Source: an uncultured delta proteobacterium
GTDB taxonomy: Bacteria > Desulfobacterota > Binatia > UBA9968
Assembly: GCA_963847445.1 (NCBI GenBank)
Contig: CAWJZV010000012.1
Location: forward strand, 1-64,000
DNA: 64,000 nucleotides
Direction: 5' to 3'
Below, piece by piece: positions 30,736 to 40,881 of the stretch. Under the pieces are notes generated by a model, which saw nothing but the letters and a program-made list of their open reading frames with translations, did no database searches and was not told the origin of the DNA. The translations under genes were made by a program, and so were the position numbers. The stretch's first letter is position 1. Each line of letters begins with the position of its first letter.

Positions 30736-31859
30736 GTGTCAGTGAGTTTTTTACGCATTCAAAATCTCTATAAGACTTTCGGCCAGGTCATCGCCGTCAA
30801 TCGGATTAATTTAGACATCGCCGAGGGCGAGTTTTTCACCATGCTGGGATCCAGCGGTTGCGGCAAGACGACGACTTTGCGCATGGTCGGCGGTCTGGAA
30901 AAACCGGATGGCGGTGAGATTCATCTCGGCGACCAGTGTCTGGTGGCGCCGGATAAAAATCTTTTCATCAAACCGGAAAAGCGCAACATGGGCATGGTGT
31001 TTCAGTCCTATGCCCTGTGGCCGCATATGACGGTTTTCGAAAACGTCGCCTATCCGCTGAAATTGCGCGGCATCAAAGGCGCCCAGGCAAGTCAAAAAAG
31101 TCGAGGACGTGCTGGCATTGGTTGGGCTCGCCGGTTTGGGCGAGCGGCCGGCGCCGGCGCTCAGCGGCGGCCAGCAGCAGCGGGTCGCCTTGGCGCGCGC
31201 CTTGGTATTCTCGCCCGAAAGTGTTGCTCCTCGACGAGCCACTGAGCAATCTCGACGCCCAGCTGCGCGAAGAGATGCGCCGCGAGTTAAAGTCGTTGCA
31301 ACAGCGGGTAAATATCACCGTGATCTTCGTCACCCATGATCAGATCGAAGCGTTGAGCCTGTCCGATCGTATCGCGATCATGAAATTCGGCGTGCTCGAA
31401 CAGGTCGGCACGCCGGAAGAAGTCTATTTCCGCCCGGCGACGCCGTTCGTCCGCGACTTCCTCGGCAAGACCTTCCTGCTGCCCGGCAAGATCAGCGCAT
31501 CCACGGACCAATCGGTTAGTGTCGAAGTCCAGGGCTTCAGCTCGGCGTTGCTGAATTTACCGCGCGCTAAAGTGATTGGCTCGGTGAACGGATCGTTGGC
31601 CGTCGGCCAAGGCGTGACCGTGGCGATCCGTCCGGAGAAGGTCAATTTGACCGGCAGCCGGCAGGATGGCCGTGTCAACATGGTCGAGGCGACGCTGCAA
31701 ACCGTGCAGTTCCTCGGCGATCGTTACGAGTACACCGTCACTCTGGGCGCGGATACCCGGGTCTTGGTTTCGCCAGAGTCGTACGATCTCAAGTCGGGTG
31801 ATCGGGTTTATCTCGAACTCAAGCCCGAGGGCATGACACTATGGCCGAGCGACTCATAG
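30736..31859 (+). CDS. ABC transporter ATP-binding protein, FbpC/PotA-like (frameshifts ~31095, ~31215)
   Basis: Walker [35 protein letters not shown]-terminal TOBE-like region. Confidence 0.92.
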
Positions 31860-32151
31860 GTCGCGGAGTTCAAGGTTCAAGGGTTCAAAAATTCAATCAG
31901 ATCCGCTTCGATGCCAGCGGTTATAGCTTCTTGCGGCCAATCGTCGTGTTCTGGGCTTCATTAAAAAATAATATCAAAGTTCGCGACGTGCGTCTGTCGC
32001 AGCAGCGTTATGGTTATTGGCCACGCAGTTGCCGCTGCAATTAGATGCCGTCGCCGGAACTCGACCGGCATGGTTGTTCCACGGGTTGCAACTGTCCGGC
32101 ACCACCTCGAACGACTGCAACCATTGGAACGATTGGAACCGCTCGTCGCTT

Positions 32152-33415
32152 TTATTCTGCTGGGAATTTGTATCTTGCATCGTCCCAACGGAACTTCGCT
32201 ATCGCCGGCACTTTCCAGGCGGTTAAGAGCGTCACCACGGTGACTAAAATACCGCCGAACAGGGTGGTCTCGCGCACGCCGATGAGTGGAATCAACAAGC
32301 CTGATTCGACTTGACCCAATGGGTGCAGGCCGCGGTTGCTCAATTGAAAAACGCCCATCACCCGGCCGCGAAAATTATCCGGTGTGATCATCTGCATGAT
32401 CGTGCCGCGCGCCGCGCCCCAGACGGTGTCGGTGAGACCGATCAAAATCATCAGTGCCAGGGCGATCGCGAAGGTCGGCGCCAAGCCGAACAGTCCAAAC
32501 AATATGCCGTACAGGATCGCCGTGACGATGAGGATTTTGCCCTGATAGGGTTTTTGGCCGATGGCGAGAAACAGCCCGGAGCCGATCACCGCGCCGAGGC
32601 CGCGCGCCGATTGCAACAAACCGAAGCCATGGGCGCCGACGCGCAGCACGTCGCTGGCGTAGATCGTCAGCATGGTGTGGTCCAGGCCGAACACCGACGC
32701 CACCGCCTCCATGATCGTGATGCCGAGGATGATCGGCCGGGCGACAATGTATTTAAATCCTTCCTGGGTCTCGGCCATGAAATGGCGCCGGCGCTTGGCT
32801 GGCGCTTTCGCCGTGGCGCGCAGCATCAGGAGCGTGATGACGACGACCAAGAAGCTCAGCGCGTTGGCGTAAAACGCGCCGGCGGTGCCCATCAGACTGA
32901 TGGCGACGCCGCCGAGGGAAGGACCGATCAGGGCGGAGCCTTTCCAGAGGAGCGAGTTGAGCGCCACGGCATTGGGCAAGGCCGAGCGCGGTACCAGCGC
33001 GGGAAACATCGCCTGGCGCGCCGGTCCGTCGAAGGCGCCCACCGCCGCGCTCATGAAGGTGAAAGTATAAATATGCCAGGGCTGAATGTGGCCGAAATCG
33101 TCCAAGAAGCCGACAGCGAGGGAAAGCGAGCCGAGAATTACCTGAGTCCACAGGAGCATCCAGCGACGGTCGTAGCGGTCGGCGAAGGTGCCGCTGATCA
33201 ATCCGAGAGTGAGCGCCGGGATCGCGCGAAAGATGCCGTTCAAGCCTAGTAGCACCGCCGAGCCGGTGAGCTGATAGAGCAGCCAGCTGGTCGCCGTCAT
33301 CTGCATCCACGTGCCGATGTTGGAGATCAACTGGCCCGACCAGAACAGACGGAAATCGCGATAGCCGAGCGCGGCCAGTTTGCCTGCGGGTGCAGGCGCC
33401 GGGATCGGGGGTCAT
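32152..33415 (-). CDS. MFS transporter (frameshift near the 5' end)
   Basis: YRDFRLFWSGQLISNIGTWMQ, GTFADRYDRR, RGRVMG, about 12 TM segments. Confidence 0.9.
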
Positions 33416-33642
33416 TGGGTGTGTTGCCAAGATCGTAGAATCCGTGGAATCTGCGGCGCGAATTTCAACCGTTTGATGTAACGGCTAAAAAACTAATGGC
33501 AATGTTTAACCTATTGACCTTAATCGAAGCAATCGAGTGGGCATTGAATGGGGTGGTTCGATTGCCGCGGGCAATCAGCAGCCTGGAAGCGACATGGCGA
33601 GCAGATTTAATTCAAGCTTCTTCCAGGTTTCGTGTGAAGAAG

Positions 33643-33730
33643 GATTCACCGCAGAGGCGCGGAGTTCATAGAGTTCCGATTAGTATTTCACCAAAACTCT
33701 TTCCTCCGCGTTCTCAGCGCCTCTGCGGTG
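33643..33730. repeat. CACCGCAGAG-type inverted repeat element
   Basis: CACCGCAGAGGCGCGGAG ... CTCCGCGTTCTCAGCGCCTCTGCGGTG. Confidence 0.6.
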
Positions 33731-33850
33731 TAATCCCGTCCTCGGTTCACAGGATAGCCAGCAGAGCCAAATACAATCGCCGCACTACCCGGTGCGCTGT
33801 CCGAGTTCCCACAGTCGGGCGCCGCGGATGACATTTTCTCCGCGCGCCTG

Positions 33851-34876
33851 TCACTTGAGGATTTCTTTGAGCTTGGCAATCTGTAACGGCTCGAGCTTGA
33901 AAATTTCTTTGATGTTTTGTTCGAGCTCGGCGCCGTCGGCGGGATCGATATCGAGGCGGGCCTTTTTGGCTTCGGCGACTAACTCGGGATCCTTCCAGGT
34001 GTCCATGAAAGCTTTGCGCAGGAGCTGCACGCGGTCATTGGGCGTGGCCGGCGGCGCCATGAAGGGACGGACCGTCGGGCTGTTGGCGCGCAGCACCGTC
34101 GCCATCAGTTTTTTCGCTTCGTCGGTTTTCGCCAACTCGTAGGCGACGGGAATCTGTTTCAACTCGGGATGGGACTTGAGCGTTGCTTGCAGCACTACTT
34201 TCAAGGTTCCCGACTCCAGTTCGTTACGCCAGGTCGATTTAGTCGACTCCCAAGCGTTGCTGGTCGCTTGGACTTCGCCGTTGTTGAAGGCGAGGCGGGT
34301 TTCCGCCGTGCCCTTGTAGCCGGCGACCACTTGCGCCGGCAGGTTGATGGTGGCGGCGAGGATCTTGGGGATATCGTCGCTGCCGGCGCCGGGACCGATG
34401 CCGCCGAACTTGATCAACTGTTTCGAAGCGATCCAGGCATGGACATCGGTGATGCCGGTGGCTTTGTGCACGCCAATGATGAAACTATCCTGCGCCGGCA
34501 CGCCGATATACTTGAATCTCAGCGCGTCGAATTCGATTCCCGATTTGCCCAACAGCTGTTGCAGCGCGATGCCGCCCAAGTAATGGCCGATGGTGAGACC
34601 GTCGGGCTTGGCGATCTTGTAAAGATAGTTGGCGGCGATGATCGAGCCGGCGCCGGTCATGTTCTCGACGACCACCGCCGGATTCCCAGGGATATGTTTG
34701 CCGAGGTGGCGCGCCAGCGTGCGGGCGTAGAGATCGTAGCCGCCGCCGGCGGCGAGGCCGACGACGATACGGACGGTTTTGCCTTGGTAAAAGTTGGCTG
34801 GCTCAGCCGCGGTAGCGTTGCTGGCGAAAAGCGTCAGCGCTAACCAGATCGAACCGATGGGACGAATTGGGCTCAT
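33851..34876 (-). CDS. Tripartite tricarboxylate transporter substrate-binding protein (TctC/Bug family)
   Basis: FYQGKTVRIVVGLAAGGGYD, VENMTGAG, PDGLTI, GYKGT. Confidence 0.92.
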   Translation of the reverse strand: MSPIRPIGSIWLALTLFASNATAAEPANFYQGKTVRIVVGLAAGGGYDLYARTLARHLGKHIPGNPAVVVENMTGAGSIIAANYLYKIAKPDGLTIGHYLGGIALQQLLGKSGIEFDALRFKYIGVPAQDSFIIGVHKATGITDVHAWIASKQLIKFGGIGPGAGSDDIPKILAATINLPAQVVAGYKGTAETRLAFNNGEVQATSNAWESTKSTWRNELESGTLKVVLQATLKSHPELKQIPVAYELAKTDEAKKLMATVLRANSPTVRPFMAPPATPNDRVQLLRKAFMDTWKDPELVAEAKKARLDIDPADGAELEQNIKEIFKLEPLQIAKLKEILK

Positions 34877-34916
34877 ATTTTCACTCTTCTCTAGATTCTC
34901 GTTATGAACAGCCAGC

Positions 34917-35942
34917 CTACTTCAAAATTTCTTTCAGCTTGGCGATCAGCGCCGGTTCGAGCTTCAATATTTCTTTGACGTTGCTTTCGAGCGTCGCGCC
35001 GTCGTCCGGGTTGATGTCGAGGTTGGCTTTCTTGGCCTCGGCGAGGAACTCGGGATCTTTCATCGTGTCCATGAAGGCTTTGCGGAGGATTTGCAGTCGA
35101 TCTTTGGGTGTCTTGGGTGGCAAGACATAGGGACGCACGCTTGGGCCGTGCACGCGGGCGACGGTCGAAATCAGTTTCTTGGCTTCTTCGGTTTTCGCAA
35201 AGTTGAGCGCCATCGGCAACTTGGTCAACTCGGGATGGGGCTTGATCGTCGCCTGGAGTACGGGAAGAAGCTCGCCGGAATCTAGTTCCTTGCGCCAAGT
35301 TGATTTGGTCGACTCCCAGGAATTGCTCAGACCGGCGACTTCGCCGCTGTTAAAGGCCAGGCGAACATCGGCTGTGCCTTTGTAGCCGGAGACCAGTTGG
35401 AGCGGCAAGCCGATGGTTGCTTTGAGGATATTGGGCACGTCGTCGCTGCCCGAGCCGCTGGCGACGCCGCCGAATTTGACGACTTGTTTGGTCGCGAGCC
35501 ATTTCTCCAGATCGCTGATGCCGGTCGATTTGTGCACGCCGATAATAAAATTGTCTTGGGCCGGCGCGCCGATGAACTCAAATTTGGCGGCGTCGAACTC
35601 AATGCCGGGTTTGCCAAGGATCTGCTGCAAGAAGAGACCGCCAATGAAGTGACCGATGATCAGGCCGTCGGCTTTGGCTACTTTGAAAATATGATTCGCC
35701 GAGATCATGCTGCCCGCGCCCGACATGTTTTCGACGGCCATCGTTGGGTGGCCGGGAATATGCTTGCCCATGTGGCGGGCAATCGTGCGAGTATAGAGAT
35801 CGTAGCCGCCGCCGGCGGGAAAGCCGACGATGAAGCGAATGGTTTTGCCCTGGTAAAAGTTGCTTTGAGCGGCGGCGCGGCCGGCAACGCCAAGCACAAA
35901 GTTAAATAAGAACGTTGAAACCAAGATTGCAATTCTTAGCAT
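34917..35942 (-). CDS. TctC/Bug-family binding protein
   Basis: FYQGKTIRFIVGFPAGGGYD, ENMSGAG, GYKGT. Confidence 0.92.
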   Translation of the reverse strand: MLRIAILVSTFLFNFVLGVAGRAAAQSNFYQGKTIRFIVGFPAGGGYDLYTRTIARHMGKHIPGHPTMAVENMSGAGSMISANHIFKVAKADGLIIGHFIGGLFLQQILGKPGIEFDAAKFEFIGAPAQDNFIIGVHKSTGISDLEKWLATKQVVKFGGVASGSGSDDVPNILKATIGLPLQLVSGYKGTADVRLAFNSGEVAGLSNSWESTKSTWRKELDSGELLPVLQATIKPHPELTKLPMALNFAKTEEAKKLISTVARVHGPSVRPYVLPPKTPKDRLQILRKAFMDTMKDPEFLAEAKKANLDINPDDGATLESNVKEILKLEPALIAKLKEILK

Positions 35943-35976
35943 GATGACCTTTCCTGAGTATATTGACGCTAAGGGG

Positions 35977-37002
35977 TTAACTGGGATTCAAAATATTCTT
36001 GAGCTTCGCCGCAAGAGCAGGGTTGAGCTTGAAAATCCCGGCGACGAGTTTTTCCATTTCCTGGCCGGTGATCGGTTCGATGTCGAGGTTGGCTTTCTTG
36101 GCGTCGGCGAGGAACTCCGCATCCTTCATCGTTGCGGCGAATGCCTGGCGCAGCGTGTCGACGCGTGGTTTGGGTGTCCGCGGCGGGGCGACGTAGGGGC
36201 GGTAGAAGTCGGCGGGATCTTGGACGCCGGCCTGAAGCAGTTGGCGCGCTTCATCCGTCTTAGCCAGGCTTTGCGCCAGCGGGACGTTGGGCAGTTCCGG
36301 ATGCGGTTTGGCGACGGCCTGGAGCACGACGATGGCCTCACCGGATTGAATCGCTTTGCTCCAGGTCGAGCGAATCGAGTCCCAAGTCCAGCAACCGCCG
36401 GCGAGTTCGCCGCTCTCGGCGGCCAGACGAATCTCCGAAGTGCCTTTATAGCCGCTGACCAGTTGGATCGGCAGCGCCGTGGTGGCGGCGAGCATGCGCG
36501 CCATGTCGTCCGGCGCACCGCCGCCGATGCCGCCGATTTTTACCGGCGTCTTTGACGCCAACCATCTTTCCACGCTGGTGATGCCGCTGGCTTTGGTAAA
36601 CGCACAGGCGCGGCTTTCTTTGATCGGCGAGCCGATGAATTCGTATTTCGTCGCGTCGAACTCGATGCCCGGCCGTTTGAACAGTTGATAGAGAAACCAG
36701 CCGCCGTGGAAATGGCCGATGGTCAGGCCGTCGGGTTTGGCGACTTTGTACATATGGTTGGCGCCGATCAGATGGCCGGCGCCGGGCATATTTTCGACGA
36801 CGATGGCCGGCTGCCCCGGCACATGCTTGCCGAAGTGGCGCGCGATGGTCCGCGTATAAGTATCGAAGCCGCCGCCGGCCGAAGTGCCGACGATCATGCG
36901 GATGGTTTTGCCCTGGTAGAAATTTTCTTGGGCAGCGACGCTGCCGGGAACGATGGCGCGGCTTAACAGCGCGGCTGCGACAAGCGCGATTGGTAATTTC
37001 AT
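35977..37002 (-). CDS. TctC/Bug-family binding protein
   Basis: Start MKLPIAL at 37002. GTSAGGGFD, ENMPGAG, GYKGT. Confidence 0.92.
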   Translation of the reverse strand: MKLPIALVAAALLSRAIVPGSVAAQENFYQGKTIRMIVGTSAGGGFDTYTRTIARHFGKHVPGQPAIVVENMPGAGHLIGANHMYKVAKPDGLTIGHFHGGWFLYQLFKRPGIEFDATKYEFIGSPIKESRACAFTKASGITSVERWLASKTPVKIGGIGGGAPDDMARMLAATTALPIQLVSGYKGTSEIRLAAESGELAGGCWTWDSIRSTWSKAIQSGEAIVVLQAVAKPHPELPNVPLAQSLAKTDEARQLLQAGVQDPADFYRPYVAPPRTPKPRVDTLRQAFAATMKDAEFLADAKKANLDIEPITGQEMEKLVAGIFKLNPALAAKLKNILNPS

Positions 37003-37245
37003 GGAGAGTCTAGCTCCTTCCGTCGAAGGCTCGGCGAATGTAAGGAAAAGGCAAGTTTGTGTCAAGGCAAATTGGCGATGATTCCGCTTGATGTTGGCCC
37101 GGTGCTGCGAGCGGGAGAGATTTTTCGCTGCGCTCGAAATGACAGACAACCGCCGTCAGTTTGACACCCCGGTGCTGCGGCTGTAAATTTTCCCGAGGCG
37201 ATCTGCATCTGTTCAGACGAGCTCGGTCTTTTAGGGAGATATAGA

Positions 37246-38097
37246 ATGATCCACACCACCGGACTAGCGGCGACGCATATGGAATGCCGAAATTTGCAAG
37301 AATCGTTGAAAGTTCTCACCGAGCTGTTGGCCTTCGAGAAGCTGTCGGAAAAACCCGGCGAGGCGACGCTCAAGCATCCCAACACCCATTGGCAGTTGGT
37401 GGTGCACGAGGCGGGGCCGGACGCGCCGGCCAAACCGATGCACAATCATTGGGGCGTGCGCGTGGTCAGTCCGGAAGAAGTGGACCGGGCCTACGATTAT
37501 TTACTGGCGCACAAAGCCGACTACAAACTCGGCGCCATCGGCAAGCCGACCTGGAGTCATGGGTCGTATTCCTGCTATTTCGTCGAACCCGGCAGCAATG
37601 GCTGGGAGATCGAGTGCTACGAGGCGTTCAACCGCAAGCAGGCGACGGCGGAGCGCTTCGGCGCGGTGAAGATGGCGCACTGGGATCAGTTGCTGTCGGA
37701 GGAGCGCTTTCCAGGACGCGGCTACGTACCCCAAGGGTTTACCCATGGCACTTTGGTTGCCACTGACCTGGAGACGAGCAAGAATTTTTACACCAATGTC
37801 TTGGGCCTGGACGCGCACCGGTTTAGCGATAATGTGATTTACATCAAGCATCCGACGACGAAAACTTTTATCGTCTGCGCGCTGCGCCAGAATGCCCCGG
37901 TGTTCTCGCCCAACTTTCGCAATACCCTGACGGTGGCGTCGAAGGACGCGGTGAAAGATGTCTATCGGCAATTCAGCGAGGGTGGCGAAGCGTTGGGTGT
38001 GCGCGCGCTGTTTCCGCTCCAGGAAACCGGCGGCGCGGCGTCCTTTTGTTTTCGCGATCCGGGGACGAATTGCTGGGAGATTGCGACGGCGAATTGA
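37246..38097 (+). CDS. Two-domain VOC (glyoxalase/extradiol dioxygenase) family protein
   Basis: Repeated VOC modules: HNHWGVRV...YFVEPGSNGWEIE and THGTLV...FRDPGTNCWEI. Confidence 0.8.
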   Translation: MIHTTGLAATHMECRNLQESLKVLTELLAFEKLSEKPGEATLKHPNTHWQLVVHEAGPDAPAKPMHNHWGVRVVSPEEVDRAYDYLLAHKADYKLGAIGKPTWSHGSYSCYFVEPGSNGWEIECYEAFNRKQATAERFGAVKMAHWDQLLSEERFPGRGYVPQGFTHGTLVATDLETSKNFYTNVLGLDAHRFSDNVIYIKHPTTKTFIVCALRQNAPVFSPNFRNTLTVASKDAVKDVYRQFSEGGEALGVRALFPLQETGGAASFCFRDPGTNCWEIATAN

Positions 38098-38212
38098 GTT
38101 TTTGCAGATTTCTTCCGCAGGGCGTCCGGCCGGTCGCCCCAACAGCAGTTTGATCATCGGCTAACGACTCCAACCAGTTTGTATTTCACTTCACTCATAA
38201 GGCGGGCAATTT

Positions 38213-39241
38213 ATGACTGACAAACCACTGGAACAGATGGGACTGCGCGATCTGCGCGGGATCATGCGGCAGCAAGCGCCGGCGGAGGCGTGGACGCATT
38301 TCAACGGCGCGGCTGAAACCAAGTCGACCTTTCACCGCAACCCGCGGGCGTTTCAACAATATTTATTTCGCCAGAAAATTTTCCACGATGTCAGCGAGCC
38401 GGATATTTCCGTCGAGCTGTTCGGCAAGAAGCTGCCGATCCCGGCGATCACGGCGCCGGTGGGAAGTTTTAGCTTGATCGGCAAAGATGCTGAGCGCCAA
38501 GTGGCCGAAGGCACGGATCGCGCGGGCGCGATGATGTTGGTCAGTCAGGCCGCGCATTTCAACCTGCACGACTGGCGCAGTGCCGACAAGTCGCCGCTGG
38601 TGTTCATGGCCTACATGAACCGCGGCCGGGAAGAGGTCGAAGAGTACGCCAAGACGGCGCAGGACCTGGGCTTCGCCGCTGTCGGCATCACCATGGACAC
38701 GGTCAAGCCGGTGAAGATCGGCGATGAGGTGCCGCTGTCGACCAAGGACGGCAAACCGCGCAAGGGCCATAAGTCGACGCCCAAAGACATCGAATGGATG
38801 AAGCAGATGGTTAAACTACCGGTAGTGGTCAAAGGCATCATGGGCGCGGCTGACGCTAAGATTGCGGTCGACTCCGGCGCCGATGCCGTGGTGGTTTCCA
38901 ATCATGGCGGGCGGATTCTCGATTTCAACCGCTCGGCTTTGGAAGCGTTGCCCGAAGTCGTCGATGCGGTCGGCGCTAAAGTTCCGGTGCTGCTCGACAG
39001 CGGCATTCGCAGCGGCGGCGATATCGTCAAAGCCTTGGCGCTGGGCGCCAAAGCGGTGCTCATCGGCCGGCCGGTGGCTTGGGGCGTCGGCGCCTTTGGC
39101 GCGCGCGGCGTCGAGCGGGTGTTCAATATTCTCGCCGAAGAGATGCAGCGCGTGCTGGTGATGACCGGCGTCGCGCGGGTGCGCGACGTGACCCAGGAAA
39201 TTCTCATACGCGACGACTGGGGAAAGGGACGCTTAACATGA
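38213..39241 (+). CDS. FMN-dependent alpha-hydroxy-acid oxidase/dehydrogenase family
   Basis: VVKGI, VSNHGGR, DSGIRSGGD, IGRP. Confidence 0.9.
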   Translation: MTDKPLEQMGLRDLRGIMRQQAPAEAWTHFNGAAETKSTFHRNPRAFQQYLFRQKIFHDVSEPDISVELFGKKLPIPAITAPVGSFSLIGKDAERQVAEGTDRAGAMMLVSQAAHFNLHDWRSADKSPLVFMAYMNRGREEVEEYAKTAQDLGFAAVGITMDTVKPVKIGDEVPLSTKDGKPRKGHKSTPKDIEWMKQMVKLPVVVKGIMGAADAKIAVDSGADAVVVSNHGGRILDFNRSALEALPEVVDAVGAKVPVLLDSGIRSGGDIVKALALGAKAVLIGRPVAWGVGAFGARGVERVFNILAEEMQRVLVMTGVARVRDVTQEILIRDDWGKGRLT

Positions 39242-39795
39242 TCTTCGTCATTTGGGGTATCGTCTTTGTCGCCGGTATCTGGATCATCTCGACCTACAAC
39301 ACGCTGACCGCGCTGCGCTTGCGGGTGCAAAACGGCTGGCACCAGATCAACGTCCAGCTCAAGCGGCGCTACGATTTGATTCCCAATTTGGTCGAAACCG
39401 TCAAAGGCTACATGCAGTTCGAACAGGACACCCTGCAAAAGGTCATCGACGCGCGCAGCAAGGCGATGGTATCGACGGGCGTCAAGCAGACGGCCGAGGC
39501 GCAGGGCGCATTGAGCGAATCCCTCGGCAAAGTCTTCGTGCTGATGGAGAACTATCCCGACTTGAAATCCAACCAGAACGTACTCGACCTGCAGGAAGAG
39601 CTGGCGACGACGGAAAATCAGATTGCGTTTTCACGCCAGTACTACAACGATCTGGTCACTCAATATAACACCAAGCAGCAAGTGTTCCCCGGCAATCTGA
39701 TCGCCGGTTTCTTCAAATTCCAACCCAGCGAATTGTTCGCCGTGCCCGACGCCGAAATGGCGCTGCCGAAAGTCAATTTGTCGTTGCCACGCTAA
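39238..39795 (+). CDS. lemA: LemA family protein
   Basis: N-terminal TM, QLKRRYDLIPNLVETVKGY, ENYPDLKSNQN, ENQIAFSRQYYN. Confidence 0.93.
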   Translation: MIFVIWGIVFVAGIWIISTYNTLTALRLRVQNGWHQINVQLKRRYDLIPNLVETVKGYMQFEQDTLQKVIDARSKAMVSTGVKQTAEAQGALSESLGKVFVLMENYPDLKSNQNVLDLQEELATTENQIAFSRQYYNDLVTQYNTKQQVFPGNLIAGFFKFQPSELFAVPDAEMALPKVNLSLPR

Positions 39796-39812
39796 GCTCG
39801 CCGCGCACACCG

Positions 39813-40769
39813 TTGATCGATTTCGCCCAACGCCAGGCCCATAATCAGCGCTGGAGTGCCGTGCTGGCGGGTTGCTTCATCGTTTTCTTTCTCATCATCG
39901 GCGGCGCCGTCGACTTTTTATATTTCGATGGCTTCACACCAGCAGGATCGCCGTTGCCCATTGCCACGGTGTTGGCGCTGGGGTTTGCCACCTTCACGAC
40001 CCTCACCGCGTACTATGGCGGTAGCCGTTTGATCCTCGGCTCCCTGGGCGCGGAAAAATTAGACATTCAAATCGCCGAGCACCGCGAATTGCGCAACATC
40101 GTCACCGAGATGGCGTTGGCGTCCGGAGGCGCAATGCCGCAGGTCTACGTGATGGATGACGCCGCCCCTAACGCGTTGGCCACCGGTACCAATGAAAAAA
40201 ACGCCGCCATCTGCGTCACCACAGGCCTGCTGACCTTGCTCGACCGCGAAGAGACCCAAGGCGTGGTCGCCCATGAGATGTCACATATTCGCAACGAAGA
40301 TACTCTGCTGATGACCTTGGTCAGCGTCCTGGTCGGCGGCATCGCGATCTTGGCGGATTGGGGACAGCGCGGCGCTTTTCGCGCGCGCTCGAACCGCCGC
40401 GACGGCGCTAAGAATCCCGCGCTATTTATTCCGCTGTTGTTGCTGGTCGCCGTGTCGCCGTTGCTCGCCCAGCTGTTGGCGATGGCGGTGTCGCGCCAAA
40501 GAGAGTACCTCGCCGACGCGACGGCGGCCGAGTATACCCGCAATCCACGCGGCTTGGCGCGGGCGCTGGAAAAGATTCGCGCTGCCGGCGCGCCGGTAAA
40601 CAAAGCCACGCGCGGCACCGCGCCGCTGTTTTTTTGCGATCCGCTGCGCCGCCGGTTAGACGACAGCGAGAGCGGCCTGGCTAACTTGCTAACGACCCAC
40701 CCACCGATTGCCCGGCGCATCGCGCTGCTGTACGAGATGGCGGGGATGGCTCAAGCGAGCATTCGCTAA
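39813..40769 (+). CDS. htpX: HtpX-like M48 zinc metalloprotease
   Basis: PNALATG, AHEMSH, SRQREYLADA, THPP. Follows lemA. Confidence 0.9.
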   Translation: MIDFAQRQAHNQRWSAVLAGCFIVFFLIIGGAVDFLYFDGFTPAGSPLPIATVLALGFATFTTLTAYYGGSRLILGSLGAEKLDIQIAEHRELRNIVTEMALASGGAMPQVYVMDDAAPNALATGTNEKNAAICVTTGLLTLLDREETQGVVAHEMSHIRNEDTLLMTLVSVLVGGIAILADWGQRGAFRARSNRRDGAKNPALFIPLLLLVAVSPLLAQLLAMAVSRQREYLADATAAEYTRNPRGLARALEKIRAAGAPVNKATRGTAPLFFCDPLRRRLDDSESGLANLLTTHPPIARRIALLYEMAGMAQASIR

Positions 40770-40881
40770 AAGCACCGCCACCCGGTACGTCGCTGGCAAA
40801 ATCGCGTAACGTTACGGAAAATCTTGTGTTTACCTTGAGACAGACTAAAAGTACCAGCTTGAATCAGGTATCCTAATAATA

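Noticed and set aside
28860-31859. Ferric iron transporter fbpBC call
   Set aside because: The fold is FbpBC-like, but the binding proteins lack the iron-ligand tyrosines and the context is catabolic, so no symbol was assigned.
11390-32140. CRISPR array or integron attC cassette array
   Set aside because: Repeats are degenerate, of several families and irregularly spaced. No constant repeat-spacer period, cas gene, integrase or clear RYYYAAC...GTTRRRY sites were seen.
31900-32150. Short ORFs between the ATPase and MFS genes, and at 33496-33831
   Set aside because: No RBS or motif support, and they overlap repeat elements.
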